A stretch of 64,000 nt of DNA from Actinomycetota bacterium (lineage in GTDB: Bacteria; Actinomycetota; AC-67): assembly GCA_020201525.1 (NCBI GenBank), contig JAIVGO010000105.1, positions 57 to 64,056 of the forward strand, written 5' to 3'. The position numbers and the translations under genes were made by a program. Below the pieces are notes generated by a model, which searched no databases, was not told the DNA's origin, and saw only the letters and a program-made list of their open reading frames with translations. Of the stretch, positions 46,518 through 56,004 are shown in pieces; the stretch's first letter is position 1, and each line of letters starts with the position of its first letter.

Positions 46518-49060
46518 GACTGCGTCAGCCTTCGCAAGACCCGGCGCCGGGCCGCGAAAAAGACGGGCGCGACAAACAAAACCCAAAGCCCAACCGATCG
46601 CGCGAACATTCCTCCTTCACCGGCGACGAGAACCTTCCATCCATGTCCGATCGTCCGGACGACGCGCTCAACGATGCTTTCCTTCGGCGGCGTCACAACC
46701 GGCCGCTCCAGTTGAGGCACCTCAATCTTCGGCACAACCACCGGCGGCAGTGGTACTGCGGGCGGCTCGACAACGGCCGGCACGATCCGAATCGACGTCG
46801 CGTCACCCTTCGTCGCCGCGAAGTCGAAAATGAGACGGGAGGCGAGCGCGCGGTCGTTCACGAATGTCAGGCGCAGCGCCGGCACTTGGGTCTCGGTCTT
46901 CTCTTGATTGTTGATCACAATGTCTTCTTGCTGTTGCCAAGGGTCGCGAATCGCGTGACCATGTGCGCCACCTTTGGTCTTCAGCACATCGGCTGAGGGC
47001 AACTCGACCCGAACTTGCGCGCCGAGCTGCGATGAGATTCCCTCGGCGACTTTAGACGCGTCGCACGATTCGGCTCCGCCGCAACTGTAGGTGTCCGTCT
47101 CCACGCCTTCGAAAATACGCTCGTACGTCGCCGACGATCCGCCGGGCTTACCGGTCGCGCCGACGTTGATCTCCGATCGCACAAAAGCAATGGAGACTCC
47201 ACCGGTGATACGTATGTTGCGCGCCTCGGCAAAGACGGTTCCGACGAGCTTGCCTGTCGCGTCGCGGTGCAGCTCCGTTCCGCTCAGCGATGATCCGATC
47301 GAAATGAGGTTCGGGATCGAAACGCCGCCGAATTCGGCACTCGACCTCGCCAGAGACTTCTCGAGAGAACACGCCCCTGTCGCATCGCCGTCGCCCTGCG
47401 GCGCTTCGCCGTCGAGCGCGCGTGCGTGCACGTGCGGGCTCGAAGGCGTGCCGCCGAAGTCGCCGCACTGGGCTTCCTCGTATCGCCAATCAGGAAGCGA
47501 CACGGATTTCTTTATCGTGTCGTAATCGGAGACGGTGTTCGCGTCGCGATCCACGGCAACGGCTTCCGTGCTCGACTCGTCGTTGCTCAAATGGGTTCGC
47601 CGGATCCGCGCGAAATACAAGTTGCGGTCTCCGTCCTTCAATCCGGTGGCGTTGCCGAAGGCACCCCAGTAATCGCCCCCAAACGAGAAGACGTTTTGCA
47701 ACGCGGCATTCACGCCGCCGATGCGTTCGATGCGCAGCCCGAACGCTTGCGCGTCGGCGGCAAATTGCGGTTCTTCGGTCGTGAGTGAATCCAGCCGGGT
47801 GAAATCCGTGGTTCCTCCCGGCGCAAACTCGTCGTCCGAAAGCGTGTCGCGGAAGACCGTGTAGACCCACGTGGAGTTCGGTCCCCGGATGGGCACGACG
47901 ATCGAAGAGTTGAACGGGACGGTGACGACCGCCCCGAGGTTCGGACCGTATCCGAAGCTCGTGGCTTGCGGTATCTCGTAACCTCTGTCCCCGCTCACGA
48001 GCACGGCACCGTCGATGTCCACGTACATCCTTCCGTTCTCCGCGTTGAGCCCTGCTCCCAGAACGTTGAGGTTTCCAGCCGCGATCTGACCGACGAACAC
48101 TTTGTGAATGCCGTCGAAAACCCACACCGATTGCGCCGGGGAATTTGGATCGGATGCCACCAACACGAGGCGCTTCGCTTTTTGATCTGCGTACACGTCG
48201 CCTCGCGCGTAGCTCCCGGGGAGGAAATAGAGCTGTTGGACGCTCGTGTCCTTGCGTTCGACCGCAGCGACGGCTTGGACGCCCGGAGCGACAACCGACT
48301 GCGCTTGCGTCGCGCCACATCCAACGATGACGGAGTCCGGCGTTGTAAGTGCTTCCGCTTGCGTAAAGTAGGTGATTGCCGACTGGCATCCGCGCAGAAC
48401 AACCGGTCCCCAGGTCGCATCTCCCCCGACCCGGTCAATCTCCACGACGAACACGCCGGTCATCCGAGGCACGTCGGCCGACGGGAGTACACGAGCCTTC
48501 AGCCCCGGAACAGCCTGTCCGATCAGGAGGATCCGGTTTTGACTTGGAATCGTCATCCCGAGAGGGCGAAGCCCAGGCGGGAACACCGTTGCCAGCGGCA
48601 GTTCCGACGCAACGTCGAACGAGTCCAAATTGATCGTTACGAGCGTCGGCAACGTCGTGTTGTCCATGGATTCCGATGTCGGATACGTGACGAGAAGCAA
48701 ACGGCGCGCGGCTTCGTCGATTGCGAGAACGCGCGGCTTTCCCCCGCCACCACTTTGTTGCCAGTAGGACGGGTACGTCACGCTGCGAACCTTACGAAGA
48801 TCATTGCCGTCGTACGCCGTGATCCATAGAGGGCGATCGAGGTCGCCGCCGACTTCGAGCAAGCGCCGCGCATGGTTGTCCACGACGAGCTGGCTTCCCG
48901 AGGTGAGAGGAATCGTACCGACGGCATGCAGTCCGGGTTGGGCGGCATTCGCCGCTACGGGAAAGACGGGAATCAGTGCAAGAACAGCGATGACCGCCGC
49001 GAGACGAATCCCGCGGCAGCTTCGCCGTTGCGCAAGCCACGCCGAGCGCAACTCACGCAT
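46514..49060 (-). CDS. Large secreted/cell-surface protein (848 aa): signal peptide, beta-propeller-like N-terminal region, Pro-rich stalk, C-terminal TM anchor with basic tail
   Basis: Signal peptide MREL...PVFPVAANA. Repeated YVTN-like segments. PAVVEPPAVPLPPVVVPKIEVPQLERPVVTPP linker. C-terminal VGLWVLFVAPVFFAARRRVLRR. Confidence 0.7.
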   Translation of the reverse strand: MRELRSAWLAQRRSCRGIRLAAVIAVLALIPVFPVAANAAQPGLHAVGTIPLTSGSQLVVDNHARRLLEVGGDLDRPLWITAYDGNDLRKVRSVTYPSYWQQSGGGGKPRVLAIDEAARRLLLVTYPTSESMDNTTLPTLVTINLDSFDVASELPLATVFPPGLRPLGMTIPSQNRILLIGQAVPGLKARVLPSADVPRMTGVFVVEIDRVGGDATWGPVVLRGCQSAITYFTQAEALTTPDSVIVGCGATQAQSVVAPGVQAVAAVERKDTSVQQLYFLPGSYARGDVYADQKAKRLVLVASDPNSPAQSVWVFDGIHKVFVGQIAAGNLNVLGAGLNAENGRMYVDIDGAVLVSGDRGYEIPQATSFGYGPNLGAVVTVPFNSSIVVPIRGPNSTWVYTVFRDTLSDDEFAPGGTTDFTRLDSLTTEEPQFAADAQAFGLRIERIGGVNAALQNVFSFGGDYWGAFGNATGLKDGDRNLYFARIRRTHLSNDESSTEAVAVDRDANTVSDYDTIKKSVSLPDWRYEEAQCGDFGGTPSSPHVHARALDGEAPQGDGDATGACSLEKSLARSSAEFGGVSIPNLISIGSSLSGTELHRDATGKLVGTVFAEARNIRITGGVSIAFVRSEINVGATGKPGGSSATYERIFEGVETDTYSCGGAESCDASKVAEGISSQLGAQVRVELPSADVLKTKGGAHGHAIRDPWQQQEDIVINNQEKTETQVPALRLTFVNDRALASRLIFDFAATKGDATSIRIVPAVVEPPAVPLPPVVVPKIEVPQLERPVVTPPKESIVERVVRTIGHGWKVLVAGEGGMFARSVGLWVLFVAPVFFAARRRVLRRLTQS

Positions 49061-49132
49061 ACATCTCCTTCACGCGCTTCCACGCGCCTCTCGCCAGCGC
49101 CACAACAAAAACCTCGCCTTTTTTCGGTGTTG

Positions 49133-49759
49133 TTACTGGACGGCCTCGATGCCACCGACGATCGCGAGCTGGTTGAAGCAAGCCTTCAATCCGCCGGGAC
49201 CGGCGGTACAGTCGATACCCGGCACGACACCACCGGGAATGATGACCGGCGCAGCGGTCGCCTCTGCACGTGCCGTCGGATAGGAAATCCCGTTGCACTT
49301 GAAAGAATCGAGGCGAAGATCGGCAACGACCCCGAGCGAATGGCCCTGGAGGTTCCAGCTGCAGCTGTTACTGCCGCTCGTGATGCTCATGTTGCCGACG
49401 ATGTCGGTCACGATGGGCGTTGCAGCCAAAGCGTTGTACGCGGGCTCGAGCGGCGAGGTTCCCGTCAGCGGCGTCGAAGAGCATCCCGAGTGCGTCGCGT
49501 CGCCGTGCTTGCAGAACGAGAACGCGCCACTTAACGGGAACGTTCCGGCCACAGAACCCTCACAAGCCACGTTTCCGGAGACCGTTCCGAAGCCGCCATT
49601 GACGAGAATCAGGTTCTCGTAGCCGCCGCCGTTGTCGAGCAGGACCGTGCCCTCGACTTGACAGACAACGCCACCGGCTGCATGCGCGGGCGCGAATCCG
49701 AAGACCATCGCCAGCACGACACCGATCAGAAGAACGATTCGAATCTTGCGCTTGTCCAC
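49133..49759 (-). CDS. Secreted Cys/Gly-rich hypothetical protein (208 aa)
   Basis: GGAGGTG RBS and GTG start, followed by a signal peptide. 10 Cys in a 180-aa mature region. Confidence 0.6.
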   Translation of the reverse strand: MDKRKIRIVLLIGVVLAMVFGFAPAHAAGGVVCQVEGTVLLDNGGGYENLILVNGGFGTVSGNVACEGSVAGTFPLSGAFSFCKHGDATHSGCSSTPLTGTSPLEPAYNALAATPIVTDIVGNMSITSGSNSCSWNLQGHSLGVVADLRLDSFKCNGISYPTARAEATAAPVIIPGGVVPGIDCTAGPGGLKACFNQLAIVGGIEAVQ

Positions 49760-49912
49760 CGAAGCACCTCCACTCTTGGGACCCCGAGCCGGGCCCTCAC
49801 CCTCTGGCTTTTGTGACGCGGTGTCAGGATTCGCTTCGCCGGGGGTTCATTCCTGCCGCAATCGGGTGGAATTCGGACGGCGAATATAGCCGTTTGCCTG
49901 GCGGAACGTCTA

Positions 49913-51022
49913 CTAGTCGGTCACGAGACCGTTCAGGCGCTCGAGTGTGTCGGCGCACTCGGTCACCATGTCGAAAATGACGTCCCGCGCGCTGCGCACC
50001 GACTTCATCGAGCCCACGATCTGCCCGACCGGCATCCCGATCAACTCTTCCGGCTGGTAGCGGTAGATTCGGTGGTAGGCCTCGCTCGTGAGCATCCACT
50101 GCAGCGGCATCGGCAGCGGATCCGGGTTCTTCGGGTCATCCCACTCCTCCGTCCATTTCGTGCGCAGCATGCGGGCAGGCTTGCCGCTCATGACTCGTGA
50201 CCGGACGGTATCCCGTGACGAGGCATCGAACAGCTTTTGGACGACGACCGGCGGCGTATCCGCCTCCGCAACCGTCAGCCAGATCGATCCCGTCCAGACG
50301 CCTTGCGCTCCGAGCGCAAGCCCGGCCGCCATCTGACGCCCCGATCCGATGCCGCCCGCTGCGAGCACCGGAGTGGGCGCCACCGCGTCGACCACTTCCG
50401 GGACGAGGACCATCGTTGCTACCTCGGCGGTGTGACCGCCGGCCTCGGTGCCTTGCGCCACGATGAAGTCGACGCCGGCTTCCTTCTGCGCGATCGCTTG
50501 CTCGATGCGGCCGACGAGCGCGGCAACCTTGACGCCGCGCCGGCGCGCCTCGTCGACTACGTCCTTCGGCGGGGCTCCCAATGCGTTCACCAGCAACGCG
50601 ATTGGGTGCTCCCAGCAAACGTCGAGCTGCGGACGCGCCGTCTGGTCGGTCCAACCGAGCAGCTGGTGCGGCGCCGGCTCGTCGGCAGGCAGCTTCGGGA
50701 CGTTGTACTTGTCGAGGATGGCTTCGACGAACTTCTTGTGCTCTTCGGGGATCGACTTTTGAAGCTCCTCCATCAACGACCCGGCGTCGATTTCGGCGCC
50801 CACGTACTTGGCCGGCATGACGACGTCGACGCCGTACGGCTTGCCGTCGACATGGTCGTCGATCCACCTCAGCTCGATCTCGAGCTCGTCCGGCGTGAAG
50901 TACAGGGCGCCGAGGACGCCCATCCCTCCGGCGCGGCTGACGGCTGCGACGACGTCGCGACAGTGGCTGAACGCGAAGATCGGAAACTCGATGCCAAACA
51001 TGTCGCAGATTGGCGTACGCAT
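49913..51022 (-). CDS. Nitronate monooxygenase (NMO / 2-nitropropane-dioxygenase-like FMN enzyme); start re-set to MRTPICDMFGIEFPIFAFSH
   Basis: GIEFPIFA...GGMGVLG and ...AQGTEAGGH NMO motifs. GGAG RBS. The tool's 65-aa extension is junk. Confidence 0.85.
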   Translation of the reverse strand: MRTPICDMFGIEFPIFAFSHCRDVVAAVSRAGGMGVLGALYFTPDELEIELRWIDDHVDGKPYGVDVVMPAKYVGAEIDAGSLMEELQKSIPEEHKKFVEAILDKYNVPKLPADEPAPHQLLGWTDQTARPQLDVCWEHPIALLVNALGAPPKDVVDEARRRGVKVAALVGRIEQAIAQKEAGVDFIVAQGTEAGGHTAEVATMVLVPEVVDAVAPTPVLAAGGIGSGRQMAAGLALGAQGVWTGSIWLTVAEADTPPVVVQKLFDASSRDTVRSRVMSGKPARMLRTKWTEEWDDPKNPDPLPMPLQWMLTSEAYHRIYRYQPEELIGMPVGQIVGSMKSVRSARDVIFDMVTECADTLERLNGLVTD

Positions 51023-51032
51023 TCCAGGCTCC

Positions 51033-52598
51033 TTACGCAGATGTGGCGACGGCCTTCGCCCACGGGTAGTCGGGCTTGCCGCTCGGTTGCCGCTGAACTT
51101 GATCGACGAGGTGAATTTCGCGCGGCACCTTGTAGCGGGCGATGAGCGGGCTGCAAAAGTCCTGGATCGCTTCGAGCGTGGGACTCTTTCCGGGACGCGG
51201 CTGTACGACGGCCGCAACTCGCTCGCCCCACCGGTCGTCCGGCACGCCGACGATCACGACGTCGTATACATCGGGGTGACCCTTCACCGCCGACTCGACT
51301 TCTTCGGGATAGATCTTCTCGCCGCCGGAGTTGATGCAGACCGACCCACGCCCGAGCACGGTCACAATCCCGTCGGCTTCGACGACTGCCATGTCCCCGG
51401 GGATAACCCAGCGCTCGCCGTTTACTTCCACGAACGTCGCGGCGGTCTTTTCCGGATCCTTGTAATACCCGAGCGGGATGTAGCGTTTCAGCGCGAGCCT
51501 GCCGACGGCGCCAGATCCCGGCACGACCGGCTTCAAATCCTCGTCGAGCACCGCGGTGCGCTCGTTCATCATGTAATGCCGGGACCCAGCGCCGAACGCT
51601 TCCCCGCCTTGAAATCCCGTTTCGGTCGCGCCGAAGTTCTCCGCGATGATGGAGTTCGGCAGCAGCGTTCGGAGCTGTTCCTTGACAGCTTCCGAAAGCA
51701 CCGCACCGGTCGAGCCGAAGTACATCAGCGTGGACGTGTCGTACTGCTTTTCCTCGAGCGCGTCGGCGAGCGGACGCGCCATCGCGTCTCCGACGATCGT
51801 CATCGTGTTCACCTTGTTGTCTTCAACCGCGCGCCACGCCGCATGCGCGTCGAAACGCGGAATGAGCGTCACTGTGTCGCCCCAGTTGAAGCCGATGAGA
51901 ACGGCGAGCTGTGCGGCTCCGTGAATGAGCGGGGGAACGGGAAACTGCGACAGCGCGTAGCGCTGGCGGGCGATCTCCGCTTGCTCTTCCGGCTTGGAGA
52001 TCGGATCCATGGTCGGGTTACCGCCGCCCAGCGCCGCGAAGAAGAGATCTTCGTGCCGCCACATGACGCCTTTCGGCATACCTGTGGTGCCTCCGGTGAA
52101 GATGATGAACAAGTCGTCTTGCGAGCGGGGCGCGAAGTCGCGATCCGGTGATCCTGCGTTCAGCGCCTCCTCGTATTCGACGGACCCCTCGAACGGAACG
52201 TCGCTTTCGTCATCCACCACGACCAGCGTGTGCATCTTCGGCGACCGAACCGCAACAACACGTTGCGAAAACTCGCGCTGATGAAAGAGCGCTACGAGAT
52301 CGGCTTCGTCGAATATGTATTTCAGCTCGCCTTCGACGTAGCGATAGTTGACGTTGATGGGAATCGCGCGAATCTTCAAGCACGCCAACAGACCCTCGAC
52401 GTACGGAAAACCGTTGTAGAGGTACATTCCGACGTGGTTGCCGGCCTTCACGCCGGAAGCGAGCAGGTGGTGCGCGATCCGGTTCGAACGGGCGTCGATC
52501 TCGGAGTACGTGAGGCTGCGGTCTCCGACCACGAGCGCAGTGCGGTCGGCAACGGCGTCTACGACCGATTCAAAGATGTCGGCGAGATTGAAGTCCAT
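51033..52598 (-). CDS. AMP-dependent acyl-CoA synthetase (FadD3/FadD17-like context)
   Basis: FTGGTTGMPKG motif. A KstR-type operator lies 10 bp upstream of the ATG at 52598. Confidence 0.9.
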   Translation of the reverse strand: MDFNLADIFESVVDAVADRTALVVGDRSLTYSEIDARSNRIAHHLLASGVKAGNHVGMYLYNGFPYVEGLLACLKIRAIPINVNYRYVEGELKYIFDEADLVALFHQREFSQRVVAVRSPKMHTLVVVDDESDVPFEGSVEYEEALNAGSPDRDFAPRSQDDLFIIFTGGTTGMPKGVMWRHEDLFFAALGGGNPTMDPISKPEEQAEIARQRYALSQFPVPPLIHGAAQLAVLIGFNWGDTVTLIPRFDAHAAWRAVEDNKVNTMTIVGDAMARPLADALEEKQYDTSTLMYFGSTGAVLSEAVKEQLRTLLPNSIIAENFGATETGFQGGEAFGAGSRHYMMNERTAVLDEDLKPVVPGSGAVGRLALKRYIPLGYYKDPEKTAATFVEVNGERWVIPGDMAVVEADGIVTVLGRGSVCINSGGEKIYPEEVESAVKGHPDVYDVVIVGVPDDRWGERVAAVVQPRPGKSPTLEAIQDFCSPLIARYKVPREIHLVDQVQRQPSGKPDYPWAKAVATSA

Positions 52599-52607
52599 CC
52601 GGCGTAG

Positions 52608-52621
52608 TAGAACACGTTCTC
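52608..52621. promoter_or_regulatory. KstR-type operator (TAGAACACGTTCTC) upstream of the fadD-NMO operon
   Basis: Consensus match (13/14), 10 bp from the ATG at 52598. Confidence 0.7.
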
Positions 52622-52637
52622 GTTTCTGAATGCAAGG

Positions 52638-53207
52638 TCAGTTCTGACCGGCCTTCTCTCGCGGGTTTGTGTCGCCGAGTGGATCGCAGATTCGGCACGG
52701 TTCCAGCTTTGCCTCGGTGCCCTCGGGAACGGCTTTCACGCCACTTCGCCCGGAGACGACGACACAGTCGGGACGGTGGAACATCGTGCCGGTCGGCGTC
52801 ATCACAAAGCCATTCGACCCGTGAGTGGCTTGAGATCCCCCGGCCACCCCGGTCGCCAGCAAGGTCTCGATGCGACGGAGCGAGGATTGCAACTCGTCGG
52901 ACTGACGCCGCGATTCCTGGCCTTGACGCGCCATCCAATACGCGAAGTAGCACAGGCCGCCGACCACCGCGATCGCAAGGCCGAACACGCCACCGGAAAT
53001 AAGGTACGGAATTTGCTCGAACACGTACGGCGTGCGCGACGCGCCCCACCAACCCAGAAGGATCACCGGCAGCCCGATCCCGATCAGAGCGGCGCCGGCA
53101 ATCATCAACCAGCGATCTGCTCTGCGTCTCCCATCCCCGCGGACGCGAAGCTTTCCGATTGCGTCACGAAGCCTCGCGTTGCGCTCCTCGCCAGACGATT
53201 CCATCAA
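52638..53207 (-). CDS. Hypothetical membrane protein (2 TM) with C-terminal Cys-x-n-CxxC putative zinc-ribbon domain
   Basis: Two hydrophobic helices, then HRPDC...EPCRIC. 4-bp overlap with the upstream surface-protein gene. Confidence 0.55.
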   Translation of the reverse strand: MMESSGEERNARLRDAIGKLRVRGDGRRRADRWLMIAGAALIGIGLPVILLGWWGASRTPYVFEQIPYLISGGVFGLAIAVVGGLCYFAYWMARQGQESRRQSDELQSSLRRIETLLATGVAGGSQATHGSNGFVMTPTGTMFHRPDCVVVSGRSGVKAVPEGTEAKLEPCRICDPLGDTNPREKAGQN

Positions 53208-54733
53208 CGCGCCGTTTCCAGCGGACAGACCTCAGCCACCGTCGTTGCAGTCGCACCGTCGGCAAAGCGACGGAGCACAAAAGCCGCGAGCACGCCGAGC
53301 AGCAGCGCCAATGCGGCGGCCGAGCCCGGCAGTCCTTTCACCCCAACGGGCACCGCATCGATGATCAATTGCCCTCCACCAGAAGCAAGCGGGGTCGTGC
53401 CGCCGGTGAAGCCGCCCCCGGCGAATCCGCCAGGTGCAACCGGGATGCCGACCCCGCCGTTGTCGATCGGAATGTCGATGACGGGCTCTTCGTCGGGGTT
53501 GTACATGGGTGCGGCTGCAGCATCGACGGCCGCATCACCGAGGACGATCGAAAACGTCTGGTCGGCCTGCGTCATGCTCGTCACGTAACCGGCGATCGTC
53601 GGCGAGAACACCTTGAAAACTTCATACAGCGGGCTGCTCTTGGAGCTGGGGCTCCGAATCCAATTGCGCACGTTCTCATCCGGAATCGCATCGATAAGCT
53701 TGTTCATGCCTTTGGAGTTCATTCGGATGATCAAACCGTCGACGGTGCCGAATCCGTAGGCGGATTCCTTCTCCACGCGTTTGGATGCGGGCGTGAGAAT
53801 CACATCGAACCCGTTCTCACGCAATTGATCGAGGAGTGGCTTCGCGTATTGTCCGAGCGGATCCTGGCTCGCGTTCGACGCGTGAAAGCCGTTCCCGTCG
53901 ACATAGATCGGAACATGGCATGTCTTCTGATCGGCGTTCGGCTGCTGACACTGCGCGTCAAAGCTCATGCCCGTGATCTTCGTCGCCGTCGTGGGCGTTG
54001 CGGTGACTCCGTCGCTCGTCACCCGAGCGACCGTGTCGATCGAAGCGAAGGACACGAGCCCGAGCAGCGACACATCCTCGAGATGAGTGATCGCAGATGA
54101 AATCGCGACCCCGCGGCGCACCTCGGTGACGGTGCGCGAGCTCATCGCCCCGATGAAGAAACCATTCACGGGGCCGACTTCCTTCGTAACCGTGGTCCCG
54201 TCGGAACGACCCTCACGCGCGTTCGCGATCATGTCCACGACACCACCGCTCGCGTATTGCGACGACGAAGGATGGCCTTCGGCTTCCGGATAAAAAGCTT
54301 CCGCGCGGAGCGGATACGTGCAACTGTTCGTTTCACAGCCGCCTGCGATCCCGGACTTGAGCGCCTCGCGAAGATCGTCAATCTGCGGAACGGATCCGGC
54401 GCGTGTGGGGTCGAACATCACCAAGTCGAGAAGGAGCGCCGGGTCGGCGTTACCGGCAGCGTCGCCCGGCCACGCAACGCTCGCGAGGGCACGGCCACTC
54501 GGCCCCGAGTCCGTATTGGAAATGCTGTGCACCTTGCGAAGCTCAAACGTCGGATCGGTCGGCAATCCAAATGAGGGCTGGTTGTAGATGACCGAGATCG
54601 CCGTCGCCGACGCCGACATTTGGTAGCCACCGAGATCCGTTTCTTCACCCGATGCACGCATCGCGAGCGGCAACGCCGACAGGATCGCGACGGCTATCGC
54701 GACAAATGCGTATCTGTGTGGCTTGCGCATCAT
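53204..54733 (-). CDS. Secreted/cell-surface protein (509 aa) with signal peptide, Gly-rich linker and C-terminal TM anchor
   Basis: Signal peptide MMRKPHRYAFVAIAVAILSALPLAMRA. Gly-rich GGFAGGGFTGGTTPLASGGG linker. ...LPGSAAALALLLGVLAAFVLRR anchor. Confidence 0.65.
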   Translation of the reverse strand: MMRKPHRYAFVAIAVAILSALPLAMRASGEETDLGGYQMSASATAISVIYNQPSFGLPTDPTFELRKVHSISNTDSGPSGRALASVAWPGDAAGNADPALLLDLVMFDPTRAGSVPQIDDLREALKSGIAGGCETNSCTYPLRAEAFYPEAEGHPSSSQYASGGVVDMIANAREGRSDGTTVTKEVGPVNGFFIGAMSSRTVTEVRRGVAISSAITHLEDVSLLGLVSFASIDTVARVTSDGVTATPTTATKITGMSFDAQCQQPNADQKTCHVPIYVDGNGFHASNASQDPLGQYAKPLLDQLRENGFDVILTPASKRVEKESAYGFGTVDGLIIRMNSKGMNKLIDAIPDENVRNWIRSPSSKSSPLYEVFKVFSPTIAGYVTSMTQADQTFSIVLGDAAVDAAAAPMYNPDEEPVIDIPIDNGGVGIPVAPGGFAGGGFTGGTTPLASGGGQLIIDAVPVGVKGLPGSAAALALLLGVLAAFVLRRFADGATATTVAEVCPLETAR

Positions 54734-54748
54734 CCGGTCTTTCCAAGG

Positions 54749-55273
54749 TTAGAGCTCGCCCACGATGATCGGCGCCAAGCCGAGAGACAGCTCGTCGAGC
54801 ATCAACAACGCCGGATCCGTAGCCAGCGCCCGGGCGATCGCCAGCATCTGCTGCTCTCCGCCCGACATCGTCCCTGCGAGCTGGTTACGACGCTCCTTCA
54901 GCCGCGGGAACTGATCGAATGTGCGCTCCTCAACTTGCTGGAGAGGCACTTTCGAATACGTCGCCATGCGCAAGTTCTCGTCGACAGTGAGGTTCGGAAA
55001 GATCCCGCGGCCTTCCGGAATTGCGCAGACGCCGGCGCGCGCCAGCTCATCCGCAGTCGCGCCGTTGACATGGCGGCCGGCAACGTGGACACACCCGGAT
55101 TTCGCTTGCATTTGGCCGGAAGCGACTTTGAGCGTGGTCGTTTTCCCGGCGCCGTTCGGGCCGAGAAGCGCCATCACGCTCCGTTCCGGCACCACGAGAT
55201 CAACGCCGTGCAAGACCTCGATCCGTCCATAGGCGGCGTGGACGTCCCGCAGCTCCAAAACGGGCGCGCTCAT
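54749..55273 (-). CDS. LivF-like ABC ATPase, C-terminally truncated (about 174 aa; ends right after the Walker B/D-loop region); start re-set to MSAPVLELRDV
   Basis: Walker A GPNGAGKTT, signature SGGEQQM, and Walker B LLMLDELSLGLAP are followed directly by a TAA. Only 15 bp separate it from the next gene. Normal LivF continues about 55 aa further, through the H-loop. Confidence 0.7.
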   Translation of the reverse strand: MSAPVLELRDVHAAYGRIEVLHGVDLVVPERSVMALLGPNGAGKTTTLKVASGQMQAKSGCVHVAGRHVNGATADELARAGVCAIPEGRGIFPNLTVDENLRMATYSKVPLQQVEERTFDQFPRLKERRNQLAGTMSGGEQQMLAIARALATDPALLMLDELSLGLAPIIVGEL

Positions 55274-56004
55274 GCCGCGTCTCCATCCTGGCCGAGGTAC
55301 GCCACTTGGACCTCCTTGTTCGCCTGAACCTCGGCCGGGGATCCGTGTGCAATGAGCCTGCCGAAGTCCAAGACGTAGATGTCGCTGCACAGCCCCATTA
55401 CGAACTCGATGTCATGTTCAACGAGCAAGACGGCTAAACCTTGTGCGGCCAAACGTTTGAGGAGTTCGGCCATAAAGTCCGTTTCGCTCTCAGTGAGGCC
55501 GCTGGAAGCTTCGTCGAGCAGCATGAGCCGCGGCGCCGTCGCGAGAGCGCGCCCCAGCTCAACGAGACGGAGAAGCCCGGTCGACATCGTGTCGGCGCGC
55601 TGATCGGCGACGTGGCCGATGCCGACGGTCTCGAGAATCTCACCGGCGATCGCGCGCGGATCGATCTTTTCTTTGGACCATCCTTGGCGAATCTCCGCAG
55701 CGACGAGAATGTTCTCGCGCGCGGTGAGCGAGCCGAAGACTTCGAGACGCTGGAACGTGCGGGCGATCCCGAGCCGGGCGCGCTCGTGCGGTTCCAGACC
55801 GGTCATGTCGCGATCCTCGAACCGCACACGGCCGTTCGTCGGATCGATGAGTCCCGAAATGACGTTGAACATCGTCGTCTTGCCGGCCCCGTTTGGCCCG
55901 ATGAGCCCGGTGACCGTTCCGGGTTCCACGGCCAGCTCCACGTCATGGAGCGCGCGCAAGCCTCCGAACGAGACGCCGACGGCTTCAGCCTGCAGTAGCG
56001 GCAA
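55270..56004 (-). CDS. LivG-like ABC transporter ATPase
   Basis: GPNGAGKTT and LLDEASSGL motifs. 244 aa. Confidence 0.9.
   Translation of the reverse strand: MPLLQAEAVGVSFGGLRALHDVELAVEPGTVTGLIGPNGAGKTTMFNVISGLIDPTNGRVRFEDRDMTGLEPHERARLGIARTFQRLEVFGSLTARENILVAAEIRQGWSKEKIDPRAIAGEILETVGIGHVADQRADTMSTGLLRLVELGRALATAPRLMLLDEASSGLTESETDFMAELLKRLAAQGLAVLLVEHDIEFVMGLCSDIYVLDFGRLIAHGSPAEVQANKEVQVAYLGQDGDAA

Noticed and set aside
49060-49132. Possible intrinsic terminator (ACAACA...TGTTGT inverted repeat with T-tract) between the two secreted-protein genes
   Set aside because: The stem is only 6 bp and AT-rich with a 20-nt loop, so it is not a convincing hairpin.
49871-49890. ACGGC-gaatata-GCCGT hairpin downstream of the NMO gene
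   Set aside because: A 5-bp stem without a following U-tract in the transcribed orientation. Weak evidence for a terminator.
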